NCBI GenBank assembly: GCA_902779865.1
Contig: CACZDG010000001.1
Span: 10,149 to 74,148, forward strand
DNA: 64,000 nucleotides
Direction of reading: 5' to 3'
From: an uncultured bacterium
GTDB lineage: Bacteria; Verrucomicrobiota; Kiritimatiellia; RFP12; UBA1067
The translations under genes were made by a program, and so were the position numbers. Position 1 is the stretch's first letter. Each line of letters begins with the position of its first letter. Under the pieces are notes generated by a model. That model was not told the origin of the DNA, did no database searches, and saw only the letters and a list, made by a program, of their open reading frames with translations. Positions 19,804-29,655 of this stretch are shown here, piece by piece.

Positions 19804-20676
19804 ATGGACATATACTACTTTACAGTGTTTGCTTGCTTCGCGTTCGGCCTCGGCTGCTGCATCGCGAGTTTCTTGAACGTGTGTATCTGGCGTCTGCCGC
19901 GCGAGGAATCCGTTGCGTGGCCTCCGTCGCACTGTCCGAAGTGCAACGCGCGCATTCGCTGGTACCAGAACATCCCGATTGTCAGTTGGCTTGCGCTGCG
20001 TGGACGTTGCGCGAACTGCCATGAGCCGATTTCCGCACGGTACATGATCGTGGAAATGCTTGGCGGCGTCCTTTTCGTGCTCGCCTATCTGCAGTGGGCG
20101 TCGGGATTCTTCCTCGGCATTGCGCCGGTGTTCGGCCTAGTGCCGGTTGCGTGCTTGTGGACGGTGCCGGTGTTCTGGCTTGTTTTCTCGGGATTGATTC
20201 TTGGTTCCTTCATTGACCTCGACCATTTCTATCTACCTGACCGCGTGACGATTGGCGGCATGGTGCTGGGAGTACCGCTCAGTTTTCTCGTTCCGGAATT
20301 GCAAGGCGAGACGGAGGGGGTTTCCGCGTTGTGGTGGTCGCTCGGCGGCATGGCCGGAGGATTCTTCTTCTTGTGGGGACTTGGCTGGGTTGCGACGAAG
20401 GTGTTCAAGAAGGACGCGATGGGGTTCGGCGACGTGAAGCTGCTTGGTGCAATTGGCGCGTTCTTCGGTCCCGTTGCCGTCTTGTACACCATCGTGGTCT
20501 CGTCGTTCGTCGGTGCGTTAGTGGGCGGCATTCTCATAATGCGCGGCAAGGCGAAACTCGGCGGTTTCACGGCGGTTCCGTTCGGGCCGTTTCTCGCGCT
20601 GGGCACGGTTTCGTGGATGTTCTGGGGACCGCGCATAATCAGCTGGTACATGAGCCTTCATGCCATCGCCCGTTGA
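19804..20676 (+). CDS. prepilin peptidase (A24 family, PilD/GspO)
   Basis: N-terminal Zn-binding tetracysteine CxxC...CxxC (SHCPKCNARIRWYQNIPIVSWLALRGRCANC). Catalytic Asp region FIDLDHFYLPD. GMGFGDVKLLGAIGAFFG. Confidence 0.85.
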   Translation: MDIYYFTVFACFAFGLGCCIASFLNVCIWRLPREESVAWPPSHCPKCNARIRWYQNIPIVSWLALRGRCANCHEPISARYMIVEMLGGVLFVLAYLQWASGFFLGIAPVFGLVPVACLWTVPVFWLVFSGLILGSFIDLDHFYLPDRVTIGGMVLGVPLSFLVPELQGETEGVSALWWSLGGMAGGFFFLWGLGWVATKVFKKDAMGFGDVKLLGAIGAFFGPVAVLYTIVVSSFVGALVGGILIMRGKAKLGGFTAVPFGPFLALGTVSWMFWGPRIISWYMSLHAIAR

Positions 20677-21382
20677 CATCCAGACGTCCGCGCCGGAGAT
20701 GCGCGGACTGTTCACACGCGTATCCGGCGGTTACGACCGGTTGAACCGCGCCATGTCCCTCGGTCTCGACGTGCTCTGGCGTCGGCGCGCGCTTGTGCGC
20801 CTTGCTCGCGTGGCATCCTCTCCGCGTTGCATCCTCGACCTTGCAACTGGCACGGCCGACTTCGCCATAGCCGCAGCGCGGCTTTTCCCGAGTGCCTGCG
20901 TGAAGGGCGTTGACCTTACGCCGGCGATGTTGGAGATTGGAAGGCACAAGGTTTCCTATGCTGGCTTGGATGGTCGCATTGAGCTTGAAGAGGGTGATGC
21001 GTGCGTGCTCGGCTGCGGGAACGCTTCCGCCGATGCGGCGCTGTGCGCATTTGGGTTCCGCAACTTCCCAGACCGCGCGGCGGCGTTACGTGAGGTGGCG
21101 CGTGTGTTGGCGCCCGGCGGACACTTGCTCGTTCTGGAGCTGTTTCGTCCGCGCTCCCGTTGTCTTGGTGCTCTGACTTCATTATGGATGAAATGCGTTG
21201 CGTTCCTGTTCGCAGGTGGGGTGAGAGGGGATTATGGATACTTGCGAACGTCGATTGAAGGGATGTGTTCGGCGGACGAATTCGTCCGCATGGCGGCGGA
21301 AACGGGCTTTTCGTGCTGCGAAAGATTTTTTTATCTTCCGGCTTGTTCGTGTCTCCTTTTTCGGAAAAATATGATACAATAG
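20660..21382 (+). CDS. ubiE: class I SAM-dependent methyltransferase, UbiE/MenG-like
   Basis: LFTRVSGGYDRLNRAMSLGLDVLWRR is UbiE-like. SAM motif ILDLATGTADFAI. 17-nt overlap with the prepilin peptidase gene. Confidence 0.65.
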   Translation: MPSPVDIQTSAPEMRGLFTRVSGGYDRLNRAMSLGLDVLWRRRALVRLARVASSPRCILDLATGTADFAIAAARLFPSACVKGVDLTPAMLEIGRHKVSYAGLDGRIELEEGDACVLGCGNASADAALCAFGFRNFPDRAAALREVARVLAPGGHLLVLELFRPRSRCLGALTSLWMKCVAFLFAGGVRGDYGYLRTSIEGMCSADEFVRMAAETGFSCCERFFYLPACSCLLFRKNMIQ

Positions 21383-21386
21383 TAGC

Positions 21387-22319
21387 ATGAGATTTTTCGC
21401 ATACATGGCATTTTGTCTGCTGCTACCGTGCGCCATCGTGGCCGACGACGTTGCAGACAACGATAAGACTGCGCCTGAAACGGCGGAGTCTGACGCTGAC
21501 GGTGACGTTGACGCCGCCGCAGACGGTGGTGGACTCGATGCAGGGTTCGAGCGTTTCAAGACGATCCTCGACCGCATGCCGTTCGGGCGTCCGCCGCCTG
21601 GATTCGATCCAGACGCGCCGGGTGGTGCTTCGGGCACCGGAGCTGGTGGTGGCGGCGCAGAAGGAGAGAATGCCGTCGAGGTGAGCGAGATGGAACAGCA
21701 GATACTCTCGTCTGTGAGGGTGTCAGCTCTGAACGTGACGCCTGCCGGGGTAGTCACCGTCGGCTTCACCGATTCGTCGGTGCAGCCGCCACGCAACTAT
21801 TTCATGGAAGTGGGCGAGAAGCGCGGGGAGTGGACGGTCGTGGAGGCTGATCCCGATCCGGAGAAGAAGACGGTCAAGCTTTCTAAGAACGGCGTGGAGG
21901 CTACTCTCAAGCTCGGCGGGAACAGTCCGCAGGACGGCAAGGGCGCGGCGTCACCCAATGGGAAGCCGGCGTTGTCCGGAGGCCCTGGAATGCGTGCGCC
22001 ATTTCGTCCCATGGGCATGGGACGAATGGGACGGGCGGGAGGTGCTGGCGACGGTGCCGAAGCCCCCGAGCAGAGGCTTACCGGTCTCGAGCTCGCCCGT
22101 GCTCGGCAGGAAAGGCGAAGGATGGAAATGGAAGCCGAGGCTGCGCAGCGGCGCCAAGCGGCCGAACAGGCACGGAAGGAGCGCGAACAGGAGGCCGAAG
22201 AGCGCAAGGCGCAGCGTGCGCAGCTGGCGCAGATTCAGGAAGAACTCCGCCGACAGCGTGAGGAAAGGCTGGCGGAGGAGGCTCGCCGAGCGGCAGCTGG
22301 CGAAGCGGAGCAGCCGTAG
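21387..22319 (+). CDS. secreted hypothetical protein with acidic N-region and charged coiled-coil C-terminus
   Basis: Signal peptide MRFFAYMAFCLLLPCAIVA. D/E-rich segment. C-terminal ER/EQ/AR-rich helix (ERRRMEMEAEAAQRRQAAEQARKEREQEAEERKAQ...). A TACAAT -10 ends 6 nt before the ATG. Confidence 0.5.
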   Translation: MRFFAYMAFCLLLPCAIVADDVADNDKTAPETAESDADGDVDAAADGGGLDAGFERFKTILDRMPFGRPPPGFDPDAPGGASGTGAGGGGAEGENAVEVSEMEQQILSSVRVSALNVTPAGVVTVGFTDSSVQPPRNYFMEVGEKRGEWTVVEADPDPEKKTVKLSKNGVEATLKLGGNSPQDGKGAASPNGKPALSGGPGMRAPFRPMGMGRMGRAGGAGDGAEAPEQRLTGLELARARQERRRMEMEAEAAQRRQAAEQARKEREQEAEERKAQRAQLAQIQEELRRQREERLAEEARRAAAGEAEQP

Positions 22320-22324
22320 GGCCT

Positions 22325-23182
22325 GTGGTTGTTTTCAGAATTGGACAGCAAATGATTCAGACTACATTGGAGATGTTCCGCGAGGAACTGCTGCGTACGG
22401 GCGGATACCGTACCGCGCCGGAGCGCAAAGCGCCTGCACCTCGCAAAAAGAGTTGGCTGACGACGCTGGGCTTCACATGGAGCGTGTTCAGTGTATTTCC
22501 AAAATGCGCAATAAGCGAGGCGCTTAGGCGGTTGGAGCCGAACAAGTGGGCACGCTATTGTTTTGCCTCTCTTCAGAAGGCCGAGAAGTATGGCACTGAC
22601 GTGATCATGGACGGCTGGGACAACCGCAAGAACTACGACGGTCCCGTCGTGTACCTAGCGAATCACATGAGCACGCTGGAGACGGTGATGCTGCCGTTCG
22701 TGTTGCTCACCTACGGACCGATCGGCACGGTGGTGAAGCAGTCGCTCTCGCACCTGCCGTTCCTCACGCGCGCCGCCGCGCACATGGGGTTGATTCCCAT
22801 CGGGCGCACTTCACCCAGAGAAGACCTGATGACCATTTTCAACGTGGGCTGCGAGCGTATCGCGAAGGGCATTTCCATCCACATATACGCGCAGGGTACG
22901 CGCCAGCCGGTGTTTGCGCGCAAGGGATGGAGCTCAATCGGCACGAAGCTCGCGGAAAAGGCCGGAGTGCCAGTGGTGCCGATTGCGGTGAAGACGGACA
23001 TTGAGCCGACGCGTCCCGGCGCGAAGGGATGGTTCAAGGACTTCGGTACGGTTGACCCGGCGAAAACCATCCGCCTTTCATGCGGCCCCGTCCTCACCGG
23101 CAAGTCGAAGGAGATGCAGCAGGCATCGTTCGATTGGATAAAGTCGCGCCTCGATGAATGGGGAATGCCGACGGAAGGTTAG
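22325..23182 (+). CDS. lysophospholipid (1-acyl-sn-glycerol-3-phosphate) acyltransferase family protein (PlsC-like)
   Basis: Acyltransferase motifs ANHMSTLE (NHxxxxD-like) and AQGTRQ (PEGTR-like). Start uncertain: GTG 22325 or ATG 22352. Confidence 0.55.
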   Translation: MVVFRIGQQMIQTTLEMFREELLRTGGYRTAPERKAPAPRKKSWLTTLGFTWSVFSVFPKCAISEALRRLEPNKWARYCFASLQKAEKYGTDVIMDGWDNRKNYDGPVVYLANHMSTLETVMLPFVLLTYGPIGTVVKQSLSHLPFLTRAAAHMGLIPIGRTSPREDLMTIFNVGCERIAKGISIHIYAQGTRQPVFARKGWSSIGTKLAEKAGVPVVPIAVKTDIEPTRPGAKGWFKDFGTVDPAKTIRLSCGPVLTGKSKEMQQASFDWIKSRLDEWGMPTEG

Positions 23183-23205
23183 AGTTTTACAGAAAGGAAG
23201 TTGAA

Positions 23206-24042
23206 ATGGCCTGGTTCAAGAAATCAGAAACGGCGGCGAAGATACCGCCAACTAAAGCGCTGTGGCAGGTGTGCCCGCGTTGCAAGAGTTACGTTGCCAA
23301 GGGTGAGTGGAAGGCGAACAACGCCATCTGTCCCGTGTGCAACTACCACGGGCGTCTCGGAGCGCGCGAGCGTATTGCGCAGCTGGCGGATGGGGGCTCG
23401 TTCACAGAGGTGTTCCGCGAGGTGAGCTATTCCGACCACCTCGACTTCCACGACGCCACCGGTGCGTACAAGACGAAGATCGACGCGACGATCGCCAAGA
23501 GCGGCGAGAAAGAGAGCGTGGTTGTGGGCACAGCCAAGATGGACGGCATCCCCGTGATGCTCGGCGTGATGGACTTCGCGTTCATGGGCGGCAGCCTCGG
23601 TACCGGCACGGGCGAACGCATCGCCCGTGCGTGCGAGCAGGCGATCGCAGAGCACCGTCCACTCATACTTTGCAGCGCCTCCGGCGGCGCGCGCATGCAC
23701 GAGGGAATCCTCTCGCTAATGCAGATGGCGAAGACGTCCGCCGCGATCGGCAGGCTCAAGGAGGCGGGGCTTCCATACATCAGCGTGCTGACCGACCCCA
23801 CCACTGGAGGCGTCTCCGCATCCTACGCGATGCTGGGCGACATCAACATTACCGAGCCGAAGGCCCTCATCGGGTTCGCCGGACGCCGCGTAATCGAGAA
23901 CACGATCCACCAGAAGCTCCCGCCGGACTTCCAGAGCGCCGAGTACCTGCTCGCGCACGGGTTCATCGACAAGATCGTGGAGCGCAAGGACCTCAAACCC
24001 TTCATCGTGAAGATGCTCGGTTATTTCGGTTTCGCCGCTTAA
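23206..24042 (+). CDS. accD: acetyl-CoA carboxylase carboxyltransferase subunit beta
   Basis: MAWFKKS...CPRCKSYVAKGEW...CPVCNYHGRLGARERIAQLADGGSF gives the Zn ribbon plus CT domain. AGAAAGGAAG RBS. The track ORF starts 48 nt early. Confidence 0.85.
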   Translation: MAWFKKSETAAKIPPTKALWQVCPRCKSYVAKGEWKANNAICPVCNYHGRLGARERIAQLADGGSFTEVFREVSYSDHLDFHDATGAYKTKIDATIAKSGEKESVVVGTAKMDGIPVMLGVMDFAFMGGSLGTGTGERIARACEQAIAEHRPLILCSASGGARMHEGILSLMQMAKTSAAIGRLKEAGLPYISVLTDPTTGGVSASYAMLGDINITEPKALIGFAGRRVIENTIHQKLPPDFQSAEYLLAHGFIDKIVERKDLKPFIVKMLGYFGFAA

Positions 24043-24054
24043 TTTCCCCTGCCG

Positions 24055-25674
24055 ATGCAATCTGCCAAGCGAGCCAACATCCCGGTCGTCGTCGTCACGG
24101 CGGCGCTCTTCGTCGCTATCGCGGCCTTTGTCGCGTTCAGCACGTCGCGGATGATGGAGAACGAGGCGCGCACCACGGTGGAGAACGTGGTGAAGGCGAC
24201 GGTCGGGCGCATCGACGGCCTCATGGCGTCCGTCGAGAGCGCGGTTAAGAACTCTTCGTGGATCGTCGCGGAACACCTCAGCCACCCCGACTACATGTTC
24301 AAGATCACGGGTGAACTCGTCCAGAACAACCCATTCGTCGTGGGCAGCACGATCGCGTTCGAGCCGAATTACTTCCCCTCGAAGGGCTACTACTACTCGG
24401 CCTTCTCGTACAGGGACGGGAACGGAAGCATCAAGCGCATCCAGCAGGGAGGTGAGGACTTCAAGTACCATGGCATGGACTGGTACCGCATCGCGAAGGA
24501 GGCAAAGTCTCCGTCCTGGTGCGAGCCCTACTTCGACAAGGGCGGGGCGGAGGTGATGATGTGCACCTACTCCCTGCCGCTTGCCGGCAAGGACGGAAAA
24601 GTTTACGCCGTACTGACCGCCGACGTCTCGCTCGATGACCTGACGCACCAAGTGGCCGCAATCAAGCCGTACGCCGATTCATACGCCGTCCTGCTCTCGC
24701 AGAAGGGAAACCCTCTCGTCGCCGCGCCGGATGACGCCGCTGCGTTGACCGACACGGTGAAGATACACGGGCGGGCCAACAACGGGTGGACGATGGATCT
24801 TATCTGCCCGTTGGCCAACATCCTGCAGGGGGCGCGTACCCTTGTCAGCCGGATTATCCTGTTCTCGGTCGTGGGCCTCGGGCTCATTTTCTTCGTCTCG
24901 TGGTCGTTCTCCACGCGCCTCCAGCGCGTGACTGCGGCCAACGAGCGCCTCAGCAACGAGCTGAGCATCGCCCGCACGATCCAGTCGAGCGTGCTAAACC
25001 GCCGTGTTCCGCCATGTCTTGGCGCGGTCCTGCGTCCGGCGCGGGAGGTGGGAGGCGATTTCTACGACTTCAAGGAGAAGGACGGGTTCCTTCATTTTGC
25101 GATCGGCGACGCCTCAGGAAAGGGCATTCCCGCCGCGCTCTTCGCATTCCTTGCCAGTGCGGGTTTCCGCCTGTCGGCAGACATGGGGCTGCCGCCCGAC
25201 GAGGCCGTCAGGCGCATCAATGCGTTGCTGTGCAAGGACAACGACACATGCATGTTTGTGACGATGTTCGTCGGCCGGCTGGAGCTCGCCACCGGCAAGC
25301 TGGAGTATTGCAACGCTGGGCACCCGCCGATTGTCGTCGTCAGGCCGGACGGCTCTTCCGAGTTTTTGGCGACGAAGCGTCACGTCGCTACGGGTGTATT
25401 GGACGGGTATCACTACGTGCTGGAGACTGCGGAGTTTGCGTCGGGCACGCGGCTTCTCGTTTACACGGACGGCGTCACGGAAGCCGAACGGAAGGATCAC
25501 GTGCAGTACGGTGACGCTCGATTGCTGGCGTTCGCGTCCGCGCACGCGAAGGAAAGCCCGGCCGACCTGGTCGGCAGCCTGGCAGAGGAGCTTGTCCGAT
25601 TCGAGACCGGGGCCGAGCAGTCGGACGACATCACGGCCCTCGCCGTCCTCGTCGGCGGTGGAACGAAAACTTAA
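24055..25674 (+). CDS. membrane-anchored sensor PP2C-family Ser/Thr phosphatase (SpoIIE/RsbU-like)
   Basis: N-terminal TM, periplasmic sensor-like region and second TM. C-terminal PP2C motifs GGDFYDF, IGDASGKGIPAALF, NAGHPP and YTDGVTEA. Confidence 0.75.
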   Translation: MQSAKRANIPVVVVTAALFVAIAAFVAFSTSRMMENEARTTVENVVKATVGRIDGLMASVESAVKNSSWIVAEHLSHPDYMFKITGELVQNNPFVVGSTIAFEPNYFPSKGYYYSAFSYRDGNGSIKRIQQGGEDFKYHGMDWYRIAKEAKSPSWCEPYFDKGGAEVMMCTYSLPLAGKDGKVYAVLTADVSLDDLTHQVAAIKPYADSYAVLLSQKGNPLVAAPDDAAALTDTVKIHGRANNGWTMDLICPLANILQGARTLVSRIILFSVVGLGLIFFVSWSFSTRLQRVTAANERLSNELSIARTIQSSVLNRRVPPCLGAVLRPAREVGGDFYDFKEKDGFLHFAIGDASGKGIPAALFAFLASAGFRLSADMGLPPDEAVRRINALLCKDNDTCMFVTMFVGRLELATGKLEYCNAGHPPIVVVRPDGSSEFLATKRHVATGVLDGYHYVLETAEFASGTRLLVYTDGVTEAERKDHVQYGDARLLAFASAHAKESPADLVGSLAEELVRFETGAEQSDDITALAVLVGGGTKT

Positions 25675-25689
25675 AACAAGGAGAAGCAA

Positions 25690-26508
25690 ATGGCAGTGAA
25701 AAAAGAAAAAAAAGTGACGGCAATGGACAAGGTGAAGCTGGCGCGCGACGCGAAGCGTCCGCACCTGACCGATTTCATAAAATACATCTGCAGCGATTTC
25801 GAGGAACTGCACGGTGACCGCCTCGTGAACGACGACCGTGGCCTCATCGCCGGGTTTGGCACAATTGATGGCGTGAAGACGCTGATCCTCGGCCACCACA
25901 AGGGTGCGACCGTGGAGGAGAACGTGGAGGCGAACTTCGGCATGGCGCAGCCGGACGGCTACCGCAAGGCTATGCGCCTCGCGAAGCTCGCAGAGAAGTT
26001 CCACCTGCCGATCGTCACTTTCGTTGATACCCCTGGTGCCTATCCTGGCGACACCGCCGAGGCACGCGGACAGGCCGAGGCAATCGCGAAGTCGCTTGAG
26101 TTCTTCTCGCTCCTCAAGACGCCCATCGTGGTTGTCGTTACGGGCGAGGGCGGCTCCGGCGGTGCGCTTGCAATCGCCGTGGGCGACCGCATCCTCATGC
26201 TCGAGAACGCTGTTTACAGCGTGATTTCCCCGGAAGGGTGCGCGGGCATCCTCTGGCGCGACGGAGCGAAGGCGCCGGAGGCAGCTGCTGCGCTTAAAAT
26301 CACCGCACCCGACTTGCTGCGCCTCGGTGCAATCGACGAGATTGTTCCCGAATCCGCAGGCGGTGCGCAGAAGAACCACAAGGCCGCCGCGCTTGCCGTC
26401 AAGAAGGCCGTGCTCGCCGCGCTGAAGGAGCTCGCGAAGATTCCCTTGGATCAGCTCATAGACGCCCGCTACGCGAAGTTCCGCGCAATGGGGAACTTCT
26501 ACAAGTGA
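25690..26508 (+). CDS. accA: acetyl-CoA carboxylase carboxyltransferase subunit alpha
   Basis: DRGLIAGFGTIDGVKTLILGHHKG...NFGMAQPDGYRKAMRLAKLAEKFHLPIVTFVDTPGAYPG...GEGGSGGALAI is near-identical in pattern to AccA. Confidence 0.85.
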   Translation: MAVKKEKKVTAMDKVKLARDAKRPHLTDFIKYICSDFEELHGDRLVNDDRGLIAGFGTIDGVKTLILGHHKGATVEENVEANFGMAQPDGYRKAMRLAKLAEKFHLPIVTFVDTPGAYPGDTAEARGQAEAIAKSLEFFSLLKTPIVVVVTGEGGSGGALAIAVGDRILMLENAVYSVISPEGCAGILWRDGAKAPEAAAALKITAPDLLRLGAIDEIVPESAGGAQKNHKAAALAVKKAVLAALKELAKIPLDQLIDARYAKFRAMGNFYK

Positions 26509-27296
26509 GCAGGAACGACCAGCACCGAGGTCCGCGCGAACTCTGCACGGGCGGCGAATGGATCTACGGACGCAACCCAGTCGTGGAGGTGTTCCAGTCT
26601 GAACGTCGCACGTTGAGCGAAGTGATTCTGCCTCCAGCCGAGAAGGGCGAGGCGGATGAAATCGCGTGGATTCGCCAGACAGCCCGTCAGATGGGTCTTG
26701 TCGTGCGCACGGAAGACCGCCGTCGTCTCGACCAGCTCACGCATGGCGGACACCACCAGGGCGTAGCCGTCAAGACTACTGGCTACCCTTACGTGGGCTT
26801 CGACGAGATTCTGCGCGATGTTGAGGCGGACGAAAACGCGACGGTCGTGGTCCTCGACCACCTTGAAGATCCGCAGAACGTCGGCTCCGTGCTGCGCAGC
26901 GCATGCGCCGCCGGGGTGACAGGCGTAATCATCCCCGAAAATCGCGGCGCGGGCGTCACCCCCGCCGCAGTGCGCGCATCCGCAGGCGCGAGCGAATACC
27001 TTAAGGTCGCGCACGTCGTAAACCTCGTGCGCGCGATGGAGGCGCTCAAGAAGGCCGGAATGTGGATGACGGGCCTCGACTGGGGCGACGACGCGAAGCC
27101 GTACACGGAAATCGACTTCAAGGGACGTTCCGGGCTTGTCGTCGGCGCGGAGGGATCGGGCATATCCCGTCTCGTGCGCGAGACGTGCGACTTCATAGCC
27201 GTCATTCCCATGCTCGGACGCATTGAATCGCTGAACGCAGGCGTCGCCGCCGCCGTTTGCCTCTACGAAATGATCCGGCAGCGGCAGTCACAGTAA
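26505..27296 (+). CDS. rlmB: 23S rRNA (guanosine-2'-O-)-methyltransferase, SpoU/TrmH family (RlmB-like)
   Basis: IYGRNPVVEV...HQGVAV...LEDPQNVGSVLRSACAAGV...VVGAEGSGISRLV...IPMLGRIESLNAGVAAAVCLYE. GTG start overlaps the accA stop (GTGA). Confidence 0.8.
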   Translation: MSRNDQHRGPRELCTGGEWIYGRNPVVEVFQSERRTLSEVILPPAEKGEADEIAWIRQTARQMGLVVRTEDRRRLDQLTHGGHHQGVAVKTTGYPYVGFDEILRDVEADENATVVVLDHLEDPQNVGSVLRSACAAGVTGVIIPENRGAGVTPAAVRASAGASEYLKVAHVVNLVRAMEALKKAGMWMTGLDWGDDAKPYTEIDFKGRSGLVVGAEGSGISRLVRETCDFIAVIPMLGRIESLNAGVAAAVCLYEMIRQRQSQ

Positions 27297-27340
27297 TTGT
27301 ACCAAAAGTTTAGTCGTATAAAGCCTAAAAAGGAAAACAA

Positions 27341-29236
27341 ATGAAAAAAGTAATGATGATGACAGGGGTGCTTGCCGCGATGGCGTTGCAGGCGGAGACG
27401 ATGCTCACACCATGGGGCGAGAAGGTGACGCCGGAGAACGCATGGCGCGTATATCCGCGTCCGCAGATGGTCCGTTCGAACTGGACCAACCTGAACGGGC
27501 AGTGGGACTACGCCATCACCGACATTGGCAAGACGGACGCGCGCCCCGAGAAGTGGGACGGCAAGATCCTCGTGCCATTCGCGCTTGAAGCCCCGCTTTC
27601 CGGCTGCAACGGCAAGCTGCTTGAACCGCATCAGTATCTTTGGTACACGCGCAAGATCAACCTCGACCCGAAGCCGGGCGAGAAGATATTGCTCCACTTC
27701 GGCGCGGTCGATTTCCGCGCGATCGTGTACCTCGGCCATGACGAGGTGGGTTGCACGCCGCACGAGGGTGGACAGCTCCCGTTCACGGTCGATCTCACGC
27801 CCTACGCGAAGAAGGGCGAGAACACGCTCACCGTGCTCGTGTGGGACCCGACCGAGGCGCACATCAACAGCCGCGGCAAGCAGTCCTTCAAGACCTACGC
27901 CTGCTTCTACACGCGCATGAGCGGCATCTGGCAGACCGTGTGGATGGAGACCGTCCCCGAGAAGCACATCGCCGACTATGACGTGACGCCTGACATCGAC
28001 GCCGGCACGGTCACGCTCAAATTCAAGGTATGCGGTCTCAAGTACGGCGATACGCAAGAGGGTGAGGTACGCGTCCTGTGCGACGGCGGGAACGTCGTCG
28101 CCACATCTCAGTTCAAACCCGGCGAGCCCTGTACGATCAAGATGCCGGCGGACTTCAAGCTGTGGTCGCCGGAAACCCCGAACCTCTATGACTTCACCGC
28201 GAAGTTCGGCACGGACGAGATCAAGGGCTACTTCGGTATGCGCAAGTTCGAGAAGCGCATGGATTCCAAGGGCGTACTCCGCTTCTTCCTCAACAATAAG
28301 CCGTATTACGTGATGGGCACCCTCGACCAGGGCTGGTGGCCTGACGGCCTCCTCACGCCGCCCTCGGAGGAGGCGATGGCGTTCGACATCCAGACGCTCA
28401 AGGACTGCGGCTTCAACGCGATGCGCAAGCACATCAAGGTGGAGCCCCTGCGCTACTACGCTCTCTGCGACAAGATGGGCCTGCTCCTCCTCCAGGACAT
28501 GCCCAGTACCTCGCACAGCGCGCACGACCCGTTCCACTGGGAGGTCACGAAGGGCTACGACCTCTACCGCCGCGAGCTGAAGGGCCTTGTGGACCTTCTC
28601 CGCAAGGTGCCGTCCATCGTCATCTGGGTGCCCTACAACGAGGGCTGGAGCCAGCACGATCCGGTTCTCACGCACACGACGCTCGACTTCGTGAAGAAGT
28701 ACGACCCCACGCGCCTCGTGGACGGTCCGTCCGGCTGGTGCGACTTCGAGGGCGGTTCCACGTTCCAGCGCGACAAGAAGGGCCGCACCACCACGCAGCA
28801 CCTTCCTACCGACCAGTGCGAGGCGGCCGATATCGTTGACTACCATGCGTATCGTGGTCCCGCGATGCCGCCCGTGAACGCACGCCGCGTGAGCTTCCTC
28901 GGCGAGTTCGGCGGCCTCGGCCATCCTGTTGCCGGACACATCTGGCGCGAGTTCGACCAGGGCAAGGTACTTGGCGAAAAGACCGGCAGCTGGGGCTACG
29001 GTGGCATTGAGGACACCAAGACCCGCGAGGGACTGGAGAAAACCTATCTCGGCCTGATCGAGAAGCTCGGCGAATTCGCGGGGCAGGGCCTTGCCGGTTC
29101 CATCTACACGCAGACGACCGACGTGGAGATTGAGATCAACGGCCTCCTGACCTACGACCGCAAGGTGCTGAAATACAATCCGGCGGTGCTGAAAGCCGCG
29201 CACGAGCGCGTAATCAAGCGCGCGGCGGGAGAGTAA
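27341..29236 (+). CDS. glycoside hydrolase family 2 protein (beta-galactosidase/beta-mannosidase/glucuronidase-like), secreted
   Basis: Signal peptide. GH2 sugar-binding jelly-roll at the N-terminus. TIM-barrel signature NAMRKHIKVEPLRYYALCDKMGLLLLQDMP. Confidence 0.7.
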   Translation: MKKVMMMTGVLAAMALQAETMLTPWGEKVTPENAWRVYPRPQMVRSNWTNLNGQWDYAITDIGKTDARPEKWDGKILVPFALEAPLSGCNGKLLEPHQYLWYTRKINLDPKPGEKILLHFGAVDFRAIVYLGHDEVGCTPHEGGQLPFTVDLTPYAKKGENTLTVLVWDPTEAHINSRGKQSFKTYACFYTRMSGIWQTVWMETVPEKHIADYDVTPDIDAGTVTLKFKVCGLKYGDTQEGEVRVLCDGGNVVATSQFKPGEPCTIKMPADFKLWSPETPNLYDFTAKFGTDEIKGYFGMRKFEKRMDSKGVLRFFLNNKPYYVMGTLDQGWWPDGLLTPPSEEAMAFDIQTLKDCGFNAMRKHIKVEPLRYYALCDKMGLLLLQDMPSTSHSAHDPFHWEVTKGYDLYRRELKGLVDLLRKVPSIVIWVPYNEGWSQHDPVLTHTTLDFVKKYDPTRLVDGPSGWCDFEGGSTFQRDKKGRTTTQHLPTDQCEAADIVDYHAYRGPAMPPVNARRVSFLGEFGGLGHPVAGHIWREFDQGKVLGEKTGSWGYGGIEDTKTREGLEKTYLGLIEKLGEFAGQGLAGSIYTQTTDVEIEINGLLTYDRKVLKYNPAVLKAAHERVIKRAAGE

Positions 29237-29238
29237 GG

Positions 29239-29637
29239 CTACCAGTCAACCGGCTTTCGGTTGGCTTTGATCGCGGCGTGTGCGTGCTTATCGTCTAGCA
29301 TGCGCTGCTTCTGGCGGCGGGAACGGCGACGTTTCTGCCGCCGCTTCTTTTCGCGTGCCTGCTGCTCGGCTGTCTTGCGCCCCTGCTCGCGCGCGAGGAT
29401 ACGCTCGGCGAGGGTACGGCGCGCGAGCCAGCGGTTGATCTCGCGCGAACGGTTTTCCCCGCAGCGTACCTGAAGTCCGCTCGGCGGGTGGAAAAGGCGC
29501 ACCACGCTTGACGTTTTGTTCGTCTTCTGCCCGCCTGGGCCGCCGCCGAGGATGAACGTCTCCTCGATGTCCTCCTCGAACACTGAGGCCTCCGCCATCA
29601 ATGTTTTTATTTTTGCTATTGTCTCGGGCGTCATCAT
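29239..29637 (-). CDS. arfB: peptidyl-tRNA hydrolase / alternative ribosome-rescue factor ArfB (RF-like GGQ protein)
   Basis: [22 protein letters not shown] motif plus a basic C-terminal tail. Start at MMTPET, preceded by AGGAG. The track ORF is extended upstream. Confidence 0.7.
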   Translation of the reverse strand: MMTPETIAKIKTLMAEASVFEEDIEETFILGGGPGGQKTNKTSSVVRLFHPPSGLQVRCGENRSREINRWLARRTLAERILAREQGRKTAEQQAREKKRRQKRRRSRRQKQRMLDDKHAHAAIKANRKPVDW

Positions 29638-29655
29638 TTTGATATACTCCTTTCC

